Assembly (NCBI GenBank): GCA_034429695.1
Contig: DAOUGC010000056.1
Coordinates: 32,359 to 96,358, forward strand
Origin: Levilinea sp.
GTDB lineage: Bacteria > Chloroflexota > Anaerolineae > Anaerolineales > Anaerolineaceae
Direction: 5' to 3'
Length of the DNA: 64,000 nt
In this document: in pieces, positions 44,974 through 56,122 of the stretch
Position numbering within the stretch: position 1 is the stretch's first letter
Layout of the letters: every line of letters starts with the position of its first letter
Program-made: the position numbers and the translations under genes
The notes under the pieces: generated by a model
Seen by the model: only the letters and a program-made list of their open reading frames with translations
What the model was told of the DNA's origin: nothing
The model's database searches: none

Positions 44974-46395
44974 TTGCTTAATCTGGCAGACGTGATCGAA
45001 GCCATAACCGGCATCCGCCCCGACGGAGCCTCCCTGATCATCAGCGAGGCTTCCATCGATTCTCGCCAGGTCATTCCGGCAGCATTGTTTGTGGCGCTGC
45101 AAGGAGAACGCGCCGACGGTCACGATTACGTCGGAGCGGCCTTCAAGCGCGGCGCCCAGCTTGCCCTGGTGCAAAAAGACATGGCGGATCAGTTTGAGCA
45201 GGTGGACCTCCGCAAGGGCATTTTCAACCCCAACCTTAAGTTGCCCAAACCGCCCTTCTGCCTTCTGGTTGAAGACAGCCTGGCGGCGCTGCAAACAGTG
45301 GCGCGGTTCTGGCGGCGCAAGTTGAACCTGCGCGTGGTCGGTGTGACCGGCAGCGTGGGCAAATCCACCACCAAGGAACTGATCGCCGAAGTGCTGGGCA
45401 TGCGCTATCACACCTTTAAAAACCCCGGCAATCTCAACAATGAAATTGGACTGCCGTTGAGTGTGCTGCGCCTGGGCCCCGGACACGAACGGGCTGTACT
45501 GGAGATGGGCTTTTATGTGCCGGGCGAAATTGCCTTCCTGTGCGATATCGCCGCCCCGCAGGTGGGCGTGGTCACCAATATCGGCACGGTGCACGCTGAA
45601 CGCGCCGGTTCGCAGGAAGAAATTGCCAGGGGCAAATCCGAACTGATCCAATCGCTGCCCCCCGCCCCTGAAGGCGTTGCAATTCTCAATTACGACGATC
45701 CCTTCGTGCGCGATATGGCTTCACTAACCCGCGCGCGGGTGATCTTCTACGGCGTCACTCCGCAGGCTCATTTGTGGGCTGACAAGGTGGAAAGCATGGG
45801 TCTGGAGGGTATTCGTTTCCGACTGCATTACCGCAACGAAGTCCTGCATCTGCGCGTCCCGTTGATCGGACGCCATTCGGTGCACACTGCCCTGCGCGCC
45901 GCAGCAGTTGGCCTGGCAGAAGGGCTGACCTGGAATGAAATCATTGCCGGCCTGATGCACGGACATTCTCAATTGCGCCTGATGGCCGTTCACACCGAGA
46001 GCGGCGCTTTCATCATTGATGACACCTACAATGCCTCGCCCGAATCTTCGCTGGCTGCGCTCAATTTGCTCAGTGAACTGGACGGACGGCGTGTGGCAGT
46101 GCTGGGTGAAATGTACGAGCTGGGTCAGTACGAACGCCAGGGACACGAACTGGTTGGCGCGCGCGCCGCTGAAGTGTGCGTTGAACTGGTTACGGTGGGT
46201 GAACTGGGGCAGACCATTGCCCAGGCAGCCCGCCGCGCCGGCATGCGCGCTTCAGCCATCACCAGTCTGATCGACGTTCCTGAGACCATTGAATTCTTGC
46301 GGAACCGGCTGAAAGCCGGTGACGTGGTGCTGGTGAAAGGTTCCCACGGCTTGCGCATGGATCGAATCGTGGCAGCACTGGAGGCAAGCCAATGA
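44974..46395 (+). CDS. murF: UDP-MurNAc-tripeptide--D-Ala-D-Ala ligase MurF
   Basis: TTG start behind GAGGA. GVTGSVGKSTTKE P-loop; DDTYNASPES. Confidence 0.9.
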   Translation: MLNLADVIEAITGIRPDGASLIISEASIDSRQVIPAALFVALQGERADGHDYVGAAFKRGAQLALVQKDMADQFEQVDLRKGIFNPNLKLPKPPFCLLVEDSLAALQTVARFWRRKLNLRVVGVTGSVGKSTTKELIAEVLGMRYHTFKNPGNLNNEIGLPLSVLRLGPGHERAVLEMGFYVPGEIAFLCDIAAPQVGVVTNIGTVHAERAGSQEEIARGKSELIQSLPPAPEGVAILNYDDPFVRDMASLTRARVIFYGVTPQAHLWADKVESMGLEGIRFRLHYRNEVLHLRVPLIGRHSVHTALRAAAVGLAEGLTWNEIIAGLMHGHSQLRLMAVHTESGAFIIDDTYNASPESSLAALNLLSELDGRRVAVLGEMYELGQYERQGHELVGARAAEVCVELVTVGELGQTIAQAARRAGMRASAITSLIDVPETIEFLRNRLKAGDVVLVKGSHGLRMDRIVAALEASQ

Positions 46396-47387
46396 AAGAA
46401 ACTTCACTCGCACTGGCGCTCAGCATGTTGGGGTTCATGATGACCGTAATCTGGGGCGGCCCATTGGTCCGCTTGCTGCGTTACTGGAAGATCGGCAAGC
46501 TAATCCGCATCGAAGGTCCGGCGCGGCATCTGGAAACCAAAATGGGCATCCCCACCATGGGCGGTGTGATGTTCATCCTGCCGGTGGCGCTGTTGACCAT
46601 CCTGATGAACGCCGCCACCCTGCTGGGCGTGGATGTGCTGGGGCAATCGGTACTGCTGCCTCTGCTGGTGCTCATCGCGTTCGCCATTCTCGGTGGTGTT
46701 GACGACTGGGAAGGCATTCGCGGTCCGCGCCGTGGGCTGGGCATGCGCGCCCGCACCAAGTTTGCTCTGCAGGTGATCATTGCCGTTGGTGTGGCTTTTG
46801 TTTTACAGTACTTCCTCGATACCCCTGAGCTGTTCTGGCCCGGTTTCGAGGAACCCCTGGAGCTTGGCTGGTGGTACATTCCGCTGGCGGCTTTCATCAT
46901 CGTCGGCGCTTCCAATGCCATCAATTTCACCGACGGTCTCGACGGGTTGGCCGGTCTCATCTCCGCCACCGCATTTGTAGCATACGGCATTATCGCCCTC
47001 ATGCAAGACCAGGTCTTCCTGGGGCGCTTCTGCTTCAGCATTGTGGGCGCTTTGTTTGGTTTCCTGTGGTTCAACGTTCACCCTGCTGAACTGATCATGG
47101 GTGATACCGGCGCTCTGGCGCTGGGCGCCACCCTGGGCGTGGTGGCTTTGATGACCGGTCAGTGGCTGCTCCTGCCGTTGATCATCGTCATCCCCGCCAG
47201 CGAGGGTCTGTCGGTTGTTCTGCAGGTGGCTTACTTCAAACTGACCAAGGGAAAACGCTTGTTTAAAATGGCGCCCTTGCATCATCACTTTGAGTTGCTC
47301 GGCTGGTCAGAGACGCAGGTGGTGCAGCGTTTCTGGCTGGTGAGCCTGTTGTTTGCCATGCTGGGCATGGCGATTGCGCTGGTGTAA
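46392..47387 (+). CDS. mraY: phospho-MurNAc-pentapeptide translocase MraY
   Basis: GIPTMGG, NAINFTDGLDGLAG and MGDTGALALG motifs. ATGA overlap with murF. Confidence 0.95.
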   Translation: MKETSLALALSMLGFMMTVIWGGPLVRLLRYWKIGKLIRIEGPARHLETKMGIPTMGGVMFILPVALLTILMNAATLLGVDVLGQSVLLPLLVLIAFAILGGVDDWEGIRGPRRGLGMRARTKFALQVIIAVGVAFVLQYFLDTPELFWPGFEEPLELGWWYIPLAAFIIVGASNAINFTDGLDGLAGLISATAFVAYGIIALMQDQVFLGRFCFSIVGALFGFLWFNVHPAELIMGDTGALALGATLGVVALMTGQWLLLPLIIVIPASEGLSVVLQVAYFKLTKGKRLFKMAPLHHHFELLGWSETQVVQRFWLVSLLFAMLGMAIALV

Positions 47388-47390
47388 CCG

Positions 47391-48779
47391 ATGAAAAACT
47401 GGAATGGTGAGCGCGTGTTGATACTGGGTGCGGCCAGGCAGGGACTTGCCACGGCCCGCCATCTCGCGCGCCACGGTGCAACCGTCACCCTCAACGACAA
47501 ACGTCCGGCTGCCAGCCTGGGTTCGGTATCCCATGAAATGCAGGCACTTGGTGTTCGCTGCGTTTTCGGCGATCACCCGTTGAACCTGCTGGACGGAACG
47601 CAATTGGTGTGCATCTCTGGCGGCGTCCCCCTCACCCTTCCAATTGTGGTGGAAGCGCAAAAACGGAGGATCCCGCTCAGCAACGACTCGCAGATCTTCA
47701 TGGAATCGGTTCCATGCCCGGTGGTTGGCATCACCGGCTCAGCCGGCAAGACCACCACCACCACCCTGGTGGGGCGCATTGCCCGTCTGGCGGTCGCTGC
47801 TCCTCAAAAAGCATGGGTGGGTGGCAACATCGGCAACCCGCTGATTGAAGAAGTGAACAACATCCGTCCAGATGACCTCGTCATCCTTGAGCTGTCCAGC
47901 TTTCAGACGGAGCTGATGACGCGCTCACCCCGGGTGGCTGCCATCCTCAACATCACCCCCAACCACCTGGACCGCCACGGAGACATGCAATCTTACACAC
48001 TCGCAAAAGCCCGCCTGCTTGATTTTCAATCCACAGGCGACGTGGCTGTGCTGGGGCGCGAAGACGCTGGCGCATGGGATCTGCGTGACCGGGTGAAGGG
48101 ATCATTGATCAGCTTTGGTTTTGGCCCCTTGCCTGACGGCGCTTCAGGCGCGTATCTGGCCGGTACCAGCCTGATGGTGCGCATGCATGATCAGGAAGTG
48201 ACTGTGGCACAGCGTGAAGAGATCAAATTGCGCGGCGAACATAATGTGATGAACGTTCTGGCCGCCTTTGCCATTGCAGCCGCTGCCGGTTTGCCGTTTG
48301 AAGCCATGCACGCCGCGCTGGACGGCTTTACCGGCGTGGAACACCGCCTGGAATATGTGGGCAGCCGCGCTGGAGCGGCGTGGTACAACGACTCAATCGC
48401 CACCGCCCCGGAACGCACCCTGGCAGCATTGACCTCTTTCAATGAGCCATTGGTGCTGTTGCTTGGCGGGCGTGACAAGAACCTGCCCTATGACGAGCTG
48501 GTGAAAGCCATCCGCCGCAGAGTGGATCACGTGGTGGTATTCGGTGAGGTGGCCGGCAAGATTTTGGAAGCACTTGAAACCACCCCCGGTGAGCGCGCTG
48601 AACGCCCTTACACGGTTGACCGTTGCGCCAATCTGGAATCAGCGGTGAAAGCCGCGGCAGCCGTGGCTCAAGCCGGAGACGTGGTCTTGCTGTCTCCGTC
48701 GGCGACCAGTTATGACGAGTTTACCGATTTTGCAGAAAGAGGCGAGGCATTTCGCAAATGGGTACAACAACTTTCGTGA
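47391..48779 (+). CDS. murD: UDP-MurNAc-L-Ala--D-Glu ligase MurD
   Basis: GITGSAGKTTTT P-loop; HRLEYV; SPSATSYDEF. Confidence 0.95.
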   Translation: MKNWNGERVLILGAARQGLATARHLARHGATVTLNDKRPAASLGSVSHEMQALGVRCVFGDHPLNLLDGTQLVCISGGVPLTLPIVVEAQKRRIPLSNDSQIFMESVPCPVVGITGSAGKTTTTTLVGRIARLAVAAPQKAWVGGNIGNPLIEEVNNIRPDDLVILELSSFQTELMTRSPRVAAILNITPNHLDRHGDMQSYTLAKARLLDFQSTGDVAVLGREDAGAWDLRDRVKGSLISFGFGPLPDGASGAYLAGTSLMVRMHDQEVTVAQREEIKLRGEHNVMNVLAAFAIAAAAGLPFEAMHAALDGFTGVEHRLEYVGSRAGAAWYNDSIATAPERTLAALTSFNEPLVLLLGGRDKNLPYDELVKAIRRRVDHVVVFGEVAGKILEALETTPGERAERPYTVDRCANLESAVKAAAAVAQAGDVVLLSPSATSYDEFTDFAERGEAFRKWVQQLS

Positions 48780-49999
48780 ATCGGTCCACAACCCGAACGG
48801 GCAAACCCCGTCCCCTGCACCTTGGGATTGATGTTCCCCTGGTGGTGTCGGTCATTTCGCTGCTGGTGATCGGTTTAATGGCTGTGTTCTCTTCCAGTTC
48901 CGACTGGTCATTTATCAAATATGACTTCTCAGGTTACATGGTACTTCGCCAAACCGTGTTTGCAATCGTCGGTCTGGTGGCCGGTGGCATCGTCATGTTG
49001 ATGGACTACCACATCGTACGCCGGTTTGCCGTCTGGATCCTGTTGGGAACGCTTGGCATTCTATTCGTCCTCGTCATCGTTGGTTCCGGCACGGTGGGCA
49101 AACGCGCCATCTTTGATGGTTCCATTCAGCCTTCAGAGCTTGCCAAGTTGATGATTGTGTTGTACCTGTCGGTCTGGCTGCATTCCAAACGCGAATATCT
49201 CAGTTCCGTGACGCTGGGGTTAATCCCCCTGGGAACCATCATCGGCGCCACCGCCAGCCTGATCCTGCTGCAAACCGATATCAGCGCCGCGCTCACCGTG
49301 GTTGTGCTGGGTGCGATCATGTTCTTCATCGGCGGCGGCGATTTGCGACAGATTATTCTGATCGTCCTGATGGTTGGACTGCTGGCTTTTCTGGCAGTCA
49401 CCCTCTTTGAACGCGGGCGTGAACGTGTCGATCAATTTACACAAGGCTTTTCTGACCCCATGGCGGCCTCGTATCACCTGCAGCGTGCCATGGAAGCCAT
49501 CGTACGCGGTGGTTTCTTCGGGGTGGGTATCGGCAACGGCATCACCAAACACACCGGCCTGCCTGTACCCTGGACCGACAGTATCTTCGCTGTCATCGCC
49601 GAGGAGACCGGGCTGTTTGGTTGTCTGATTATTGCCGGTCTTTATGTCGTCATCATCTGGCGCGGTATTCGCATTGCCCTGCGCGCGCCAGACATGTTGG
49701 GCGCGTTGATGGCAGGCGGCCTGTCCATTTGGATCGGCATGGAAGCCGCCATTAACATTGCCGTTTTGGTCAACCTGGTTCCATTTGCTGGAAACGCCCT
49801 GCCCCTCATCAGTTACGGCGGTTCCAGTCTGGTCACCACACTCATCGCGCTCGGGATCATTGCCTCCATCGGACGCCATGCATCCTTGGAGCACGACGAG
49901 AAGGAAGGGAGCATCTTCAGTGCGGTTGTTGATTTGCGCCGGAGGGACCGGCGGCGGCGTGTATCCCGCCGTAACCGTCCTCAAAGCTCTGCAGAGTAA
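48758..49999 (+). CDS. ftsW: SEDS peptidoglycan polymerase FtsW
   Basis: About 10 TM helices. IQPSELAKL, TDSIFAVIAEETG and LPLISYGGSS motifs. Confidence 0.9.
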   Translation: MGTTTFVNRSTTRTGKPRPLHLGIDVPLVVSVISLLVIGLMAVFSSSSDWSFIKYDFSGYMVLRQTVFAIVGLVAGGIVMLMDYHIVRRFAVWILLGTLGILFVLVIVGSGTVGKRAIFDGSIQPSELAKLMIVLYLSVWLHSKREYLSSVTLGLIPLGTIIGATASLILLQTDISAALTVVVLGAIMFFIGGGDLRQIILIVLMVGLLAFLAVTLFERGRERVDQFTQGFSDPMAASYHLQRAMEAIVRGGFFGVGIGNGITKHTGLPVPWTDSIFAVIAEETGLFGCLIIAGLYVVIIWRGIRIALRAPDMLGALMAGGLSIWIGMEAAINIAVLVNLVPFAGNALPLISYGGSSLVTTLIALGIIASIGRHASLEHDEKEGSIFSAVVDLRRRDRRRRVSRRNRPQSSAE

Positions 50000-51020
50000 G
50001 GCGGACCCTGTATTGTGGGTTGGCGCCGAAGGCGGCATGGAAGCCGACCTGGTTCAACGCGCCAGCATCCCCTTTGCAGCCATTCCCGCAGCAGGCGTGC
50101 ACCTTTCGGGGCGCGACCTGTTGCGGCTGCCTGCCAACCTGCTGAAGCTGGCGCGCGGTATTTTTGCCGCCCGCAAGATATTGAAGAAGTTCAAACCGGA
50201 TGCATTGTTCTTCACCGGTGGGTACGTGGCTGCTCCTGTGGCAGTGGCCGGTGCGCGCGTCCCCACGGTGGTGTTTGTGCCTGATATTGAACCTGGACTG
50301 GCGTTGAAATTCCTGGTGCGTTACGCCGATTGCGTCGCCGCAGTCACACCCGAAACGCGCGCGTACCTGCCAAAAAACACCCGCATGGTGGTCACCGGTT
50401 ATCCAGTGCGTCCTGAGTTGACCGCATGGAACCGCGACCGCGCTTTTGAGTTCTTCAACCTGGACAAAAACCTGCCGGTGCTGCTGGTTTCGGGCGGCAG
50501 CCGCGGCGCCAGACCGATCAACAACGCTGTGATGAAAAACATCGCAGCCCTCACGGCGGGTGCACAGGTCATTCACATCACCGGGCAGCTTGGCTGGCCG
50601 GATGTGGAAGCCTTCCGCAAGACGCTGCCGGCGGCCCAGGCGGATCGCTACCGCGCGTACCCCTACCTGCATGAAGAAACCGGCGCAGCATTTACCATCG
50701 CCAATCTGGTGGTTTCGCGCGCTGGTGCATCGGCTTTGGGAGAGTATCCCGTGTTTGGCCTTCCGGCGGTACTGGTTCCTTACCCGTACGCCTGGCGTTA
50801 TCAAAAAGTGAATGCTCAGTACCTGGTGGACCGTAACGCTGCCGTATTGTTGCGTGATGAAGACGTGGAAGAACAGATGGCCGGAATTGTCACTGGACTC
50901 TTGAATGACCCAAAAAAACTGGCTGCCATGAGTGCATCCATGCGCGCACTCGCAAAACCATTCGCAGCCGCAGACATTGGCCGCCTGATCGAGGAAGTCT
51001 CCCGGGGAGGATATTCATGA
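49920..51020 (+). CDS. murG: UDP-GlcNAc--lipid I GlcNAc transferase MurG
   Basis: LLICAGGTGGGVYPA N-terminus. GTG 49920 behind AAGGAAGGGAG; 80-nt overlap with ftsW. The ORF-track extension to 49758 is rejected. Confidence 0.9.
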   Translation: MRLLICAGGTGGGVYPAVTVLKALQSKADPVLWVGAEGGMEADLVQRASIPFAAIPAAGVHLSGRDLLRLPANLLKLARGIFAARKILKKFKPDALFFTGGYVAAPVAVAGARVPTVVFVPDIEPGLALKFLVRYADCVAAVTPETRAYLPKNTRMVVTGYPVRPELTAWNRDRAFEFFNLDKNLPVLLVSGGSRGARPINNAVMKNIAALTAGAQVIHITGQLGWPDVEAFRKTLPAAQADRYRAYPYLHEETGAAFTIANLVVSRAGASALGEYPVFGLPAVLVPYPYAWRYQKVNAQYLVDRNAAVLLRDEDVEEQMAGIVTGLLNDPKKLAAMSASMRALAKPFAAADIGRLIEEVSRGGYS

Positions 51021-51553
51021 TTGGTCTGAATGTCCTGTTCTGGGTATTTGTGGTCATCTTTGCCCTCATCGGGCTTACCCGCGGGTGGGCCAAGGAACTG
51101 CTGGTCACCTTCGCGGTGATCCTGGCGTTGTTCATCATCACCGTGTTGGAGCGCTTTGTACCCTTCATTCGCGACAACATGAGCCTCAGCCAGGGAGCGC
51201 CCATGTTCTGGCTGCGCTCTGTCATCCTGCTGGCGCTGGTGTTCTTTGGCTATCAGGGACCCAACATCCCCAAACTGGCCGCCACCAACCGCTTTGTACG
51301 TGAAAGGCTGCAAGATTCGTTGCTCGGGCTTTTTCTGGGCGCCATCAATGGGTATCTCATCTGGGGAACCATCTGGTATTACCTGGATCAGTCAGGTTAT
51401 CCGTTTTCGTTCTTTGTCGCACCGCCGCCGGGGCCCATTGCTGATGCGATCACCCGCATGATCGCCATCATGCCACCCCACTGGCTGGGCACACCCACCA
51501 TTTACTTTGCGGTGGCCATTGCATTTGCGTTTGTGATTGTGGTGTTTATCTGA
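51017..51553 (+). CDS. CvpA-like (colicin V production family) membrane protein embedded in the dcw cluster
   Basis: 178 aa, about 4 TM helices. N-terminus LNVLFWVFVVIFALIGLTRGWAKELL resembles CvpA. Overlaps murG (ATGA) and murC (TGATG). Confidence 0.55.
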   Translation: MIGLNVLFWVFVVIFALIGLTRGWAKELLVTFAVILALFIITVLERFVPFIRDNMSLSQGAPMFWLRSVILLALVFFGYQGPNIPKLAATNRFVRERLQDSLLGLFLGAINGYLIWGTIWYYLDQSGYPFSFFVAPPPGPIADAITRMIAIMPPHWLGTPTIYFAVAIAFAFVIVVFI

Positions 51554-53892
51554 TGAAAACCATTCACCTCATCGGCATCGGCGGCACAGGACTTTCCGCC
51601 ATTGCCCGCGTCCTGCATGAAAAGGGATACCGCGTGACCGGCTCGGATCGCGCGCTGTCTCCGCTTGCGCGCGACCTGATGGCACTGGGCATCCAGGTGT
51701 TTGAGGGCCATGCCGCCAGCCATGTAAGCGGCGCTGATCTGGTGATCCGCTCATCCGCTGTGCCCGACGATAACCTCGAGGTGGCTGCTGCACTGCAGGC
51801 GGGCATCCCGGTGGTCAAACGGGACCAGTTCCTGGGTAATCTGCTGGATGAGTACAAATCGGTGGCCATTGCCGGCACCGCCGGAAAGACCACCACCACC
51901 GCCATGGTGGCCTGGATGCTCACCGATCTTGGGCGCGATCCCTCCTACATCATCGGTGGGGTGGCGCGCAACCTGGGTCAAAACGCTCACGCCGGTGAGG
52001 GTAGTGAGTTTGTGCTGGAAGCCGATGAATACGACCGCACCTTCCTGGGTCTCAAACCCGATTGGATGGTGGTCACCAACGTTGAACACGATCACCCCGA
52101 CTGCTTCCCCACCGAAGCTGAATATCTGGCCGCATTCCGCCAGTTTGTGCAACTGCTCAACAGCGGCGGCACATTGATTGCCTTTGGCGACCAACCGGAC
52201 GCGCTCAGCCTGATCGACGAGATCCTGCCGGGGGGACACTCCTTCTCGTATGGAGAAGCTGAACACAATCATTACCGCCTGCTGGACCTGCAACGCGGAA
52301 ACCTGGGCGGCTACACCTACACCCTGCAGTGCCCGGATGGCGAGCGCTACCCGGTGACCATGACGGTACCGGGCAAACACAACGCGATTAATTCTGCAGC
52401 CGCCCTGGCTCTGGCGCACCAGATGCACCTGGATGTCAAAGCAGCAGCCGAGGCGCTCAGGAAATTCAGCGGCACAGGCCGGCGTTTCGATGTACAGGGT
52501 GAGGTCAGCGGCGTGACCATCATTGATGACTATGCCCACCACCCCGCCAAGATCGTCGCAGCGTTGGAAGCCGCCACCAGCCGTTATCCAGATGCGCGCA
52601 TTTGGGCGGTCTGGCAGCCCCACACCTACTCGCGCACGCAGTCGCTGGTTCCGGACTTCATCCGTTCGCTGGATGCCGCCCACCGCGTGATCATCACCGA
52701 GGTATACGCCTCTCGTGAACAATTCAATGGTTTTTCCTCGCGTTCAATTGTCGATCAGATGGACCCGGCGCGCGTGAGTTTTGCCGCAACCTTGAACGAC
52801 GCCGCAGCCATTTTGCTTGCCGAAGTCCAACCGGGTGACGTGGTGCTGGTTCTGTCAGCCGGTGACGCCGACCAGATCAGCCAGATGGTGCTTGCTGGCT
52901 TGCGCAACCCCGATCTGCAGGCAGTACGCTTCACCCACCCCACTGCCAACCTGGCCCCCGGGCTGCCAGTGGAATTGATCGGGCAGCTCCGTGAGGCTTA
53001 TGGTGCGAAACTGCAGGAAAATGTCTCCCTGGCGGCTTATTGCACCGCCCGCACCGGTGGAACTGCGGCGGCGTTGTTGGTGGTGGAATCGGCTGCAGAA
53101 CTGGAAGAGGTCGTGTTGCGTTGTTGGAAGCTCAACATCCCCTTCCACGTGCTCGGCAGCGGGTCGAACATTCTGGTCAGCGATCAGGGTTTGTCTGCTC
53201 TGGTGATCATCAACAAAGCCCGCTCCATGCGTTTCAACACGGATGAACCCTCCGTTTGGGCTGAAAGCGGCGCCAACCTGGGTGGTATTGCCCGCCAGGC
53301 AGCCCTGCAAAAACTGTCCGGTCTGGAATGGGCAGCCACCATACCGGGGACGCTGGGCGGCGCGGTGTACGGAAACGCCGGCGCGCATGGCGGTGATATG
53401 AACGGCAACCTGGTACTGGCAGATATCTTGCACCGAATCGAAGGAAAGTCGTCCTGGAATTGCGACCGCATGGAATATGCCTACCGCACCAGCGTCTTAA
53501 AACGCCAGCCAGGACAGGCCATTGTCCTTTCAGCCACCCTGCGGCTGACCCGCGGCGAAACAGTGGAAATTCAGGCTCACATGGCTGAATATGCCGCCCG
53601 CCGCCGCTCCACCCAACCCCCCGGCGCCAGCATGGGCTCCATGTTCCGCAACCCCATGGGTGATTATGCCGGACGGTTGATCGAAGCAGTCGGGTTGAAG
53701 GGTGTACGCATTGGCGGAGCCGAGATTAGTCCGGTGCACGCCAATTTCATCGTCAACGACGAAGGCGCGTCGGCGGCGGATATTTTCCGTTTGCTGCGCC
53801 TCGCACAAAGCGCCGTTTATGACCGGTTCGGGATCATGCTTGAACCGGAAATTGAACTGCTGGGTGACTGGCAGTACGTTTCAGCGGCTTGA
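51553..53892 (+). CDS. murC-murB: bifunctional MurC (UDP-MurNAc--L-Ala ligase) / MurB (UDP-GlcNAc-enolpyruvate reductase) fusion
   Basis: N-terminal approx. 460 aa: [31 protein letters not shown]-terminal approx. 300 aa: [30 protein letters not shown] (MurB). One uninterrupted 779-codon frame, with the junction near 52930-53000. Confidence 0.9.
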   Translation: MKTIHLIGIGGTGLSAIARVLHEKGYRVTGSDRALSPLARDLMALGIQVFEGHAASHVSGADLVIRSSAVPDDNLEVAAALQAGIPVVKRDQFLGNLLDEYKSVAIAGTAGKTTTTAMVAWMLTDLGRDPSYIIGGVARNLGQNAHAGEGSEFVLEADEYDRTFLGLKPDWMVVTNVEHDHPDCFPTEAEYLAAFRQFVQLLNSGGTLIAFGDQPDALSLIDEILPGGHSFSYGEAEHNHYRLLDLQRGNLGGYTYTLQCPDGERYPVTMTVPGKHNAINSAAALALAHQMHLDVKAAAEALRKFSGTGRRFDVQGEVSGVTIIDDYAHHPAKIVAALEAATSRYPDARIWAVWQPHTYSRTQSLVPDFIRSLDAAHRVIITEVYASREQFNGFSSRSIVDQMDPARVSFAATLNDAAAILLAEVQPGDVVLVLSAGDADQISQMVLAGLRNPDLQAVRFTHPTANLAPGLPVELIGQLREAYGAKLQENVSLAAYCTARTGGTAAALLVVESAAELEEVVLRCWKLNIPFHVLGSGSNILVSDQGLSALVIINKARSMRFNTDEPSVWAESGANLGGIARQAALQKLSGLEWAATIPGTLGGAVYGNAGAHGGDMNGNLVLADILHRIEGKSSWNCDRMEYAYRTSVLKRQPGQAIVLSATLRLTRGETVEIQAHMAEYAARRRSTQPPGASMGSMFRNPMGDYAGRLIEAVGLKGVRIGGAEISPVHANFIVNDEGASAADIFRLLRLAQSAVYDRFGIMLEPEIELLGDWQYVSAA

Positions 53893-53908
53893 CAACGTGG
53901 AGAACAAC

Positions 53909-55029
<1,121 letters not shown>

Positions 55030-55033
<4 letters not shown>

Positions 55034-56115
55034 GCGGTAAAACTTCGGATACCGGCAAGAGCCGTGCAGAACAGGTCCGCCAGCGGCGCAATCAGCGCAG
55101 CCAGGAGCGTGTTCAGCGCGCCGCAACCCAGGTACGCTACAATGCCGAAGCCCCAACCGTTTTTGTGCGCGGCGGCTTTGCGGGTCCTGCCGCAAAACCG
55201 GCCAATGGAACACGGCGCGGAACCAGGGAAAAAGAAAGTCCCTACTCCACCCCGGTGTTCCAACGCACGCAGACGCGTGTCCGCCGACAGGTTTCCATAC
55301 CCCTGGGCAACAGCGGCGCCGAAGTGCTCATGCCCGCCATGCCCATCATCCGTCCCGGTTGGCGCTTGCTATCCGCCTTTCTGGTGCTGGTGCTGGGGGC
55401 TATGTTGATCGGCGCAGTCAGCCTGCCGCAGTATCAAGTCAGCGCGCCCGAGATCGTCGGCATGGAGCGCATCCAGGTCGCCGACATCGAAGCCGTGCTC
55501 GCCCTGGAAGGCACTCCCATCTTCCTGGTGGACACAACCACCATGAAACAGGAACTCGAAGAGGCGTTCCCGGAATTAATGGATGTGCAAATCAGTGTGC
55601 GGCTGCCCAATCAGGTCAAGATCGAAGCCGTGGAACGTATTCCTGTGCTGGCATGGGAGTTTGAAGGCCAGACCATCTGGGTGGATGAGGAAGGCGCCAT
55701 TTTCCCGGCTCGAGGCGAGCTGCAAACGCCCATCCTGCATGTCAGTTCGCAGAACCACCCCCCGCTCGCCCCTTTGCAAGTGACGGACGTAACCGCCACC
55801 CCGCAGGCAGACGGGAAATTGGTTGAAGAGGATGTTTCAGGTTTCAGCCTGTTCCAGCGGCGCATGGATGCGCACACGCGTGAAGAGTTGTTATCCATGA
55901 CAACCCAGATCCCTGAAGGGACCCAGTTGGTTTACAGCGAGACCGATGGCTACGGCTGGAGTGAGGGCGCGTGGCAGGTCTATGTGGGCCACGACCTGTC
56001 CAACATGGATCTCAAGATGGCAATGTACCGGCGCATTGTGGAGCGCCTGACCCAGGACGGCATCACACCGCGCATCATCAGTGTGGCCAATATCCACGCA
56101 CCCTTTATCCAGTAG
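55030..56115 (+). CDS. ftsQ: cell-division protein FtsQ (POTRA) with approx. 110-aa basic N-terminal extension
   Basis: ATGA overlap with ddl. Arg/Gln-rich N-terminus, one TM helix, POTRA-like VGMERIQVADIEAVL. Canonical position. Confidence 0.8.
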
Positions 56116-56122
56116 GAGTGGG

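Noticed and set aside
49220-50804. 272-aa and 295-aa minus-strand ORFs
   Set aside because: Antisense to ftsW and murG. No RBS or motifs; shadow frames.
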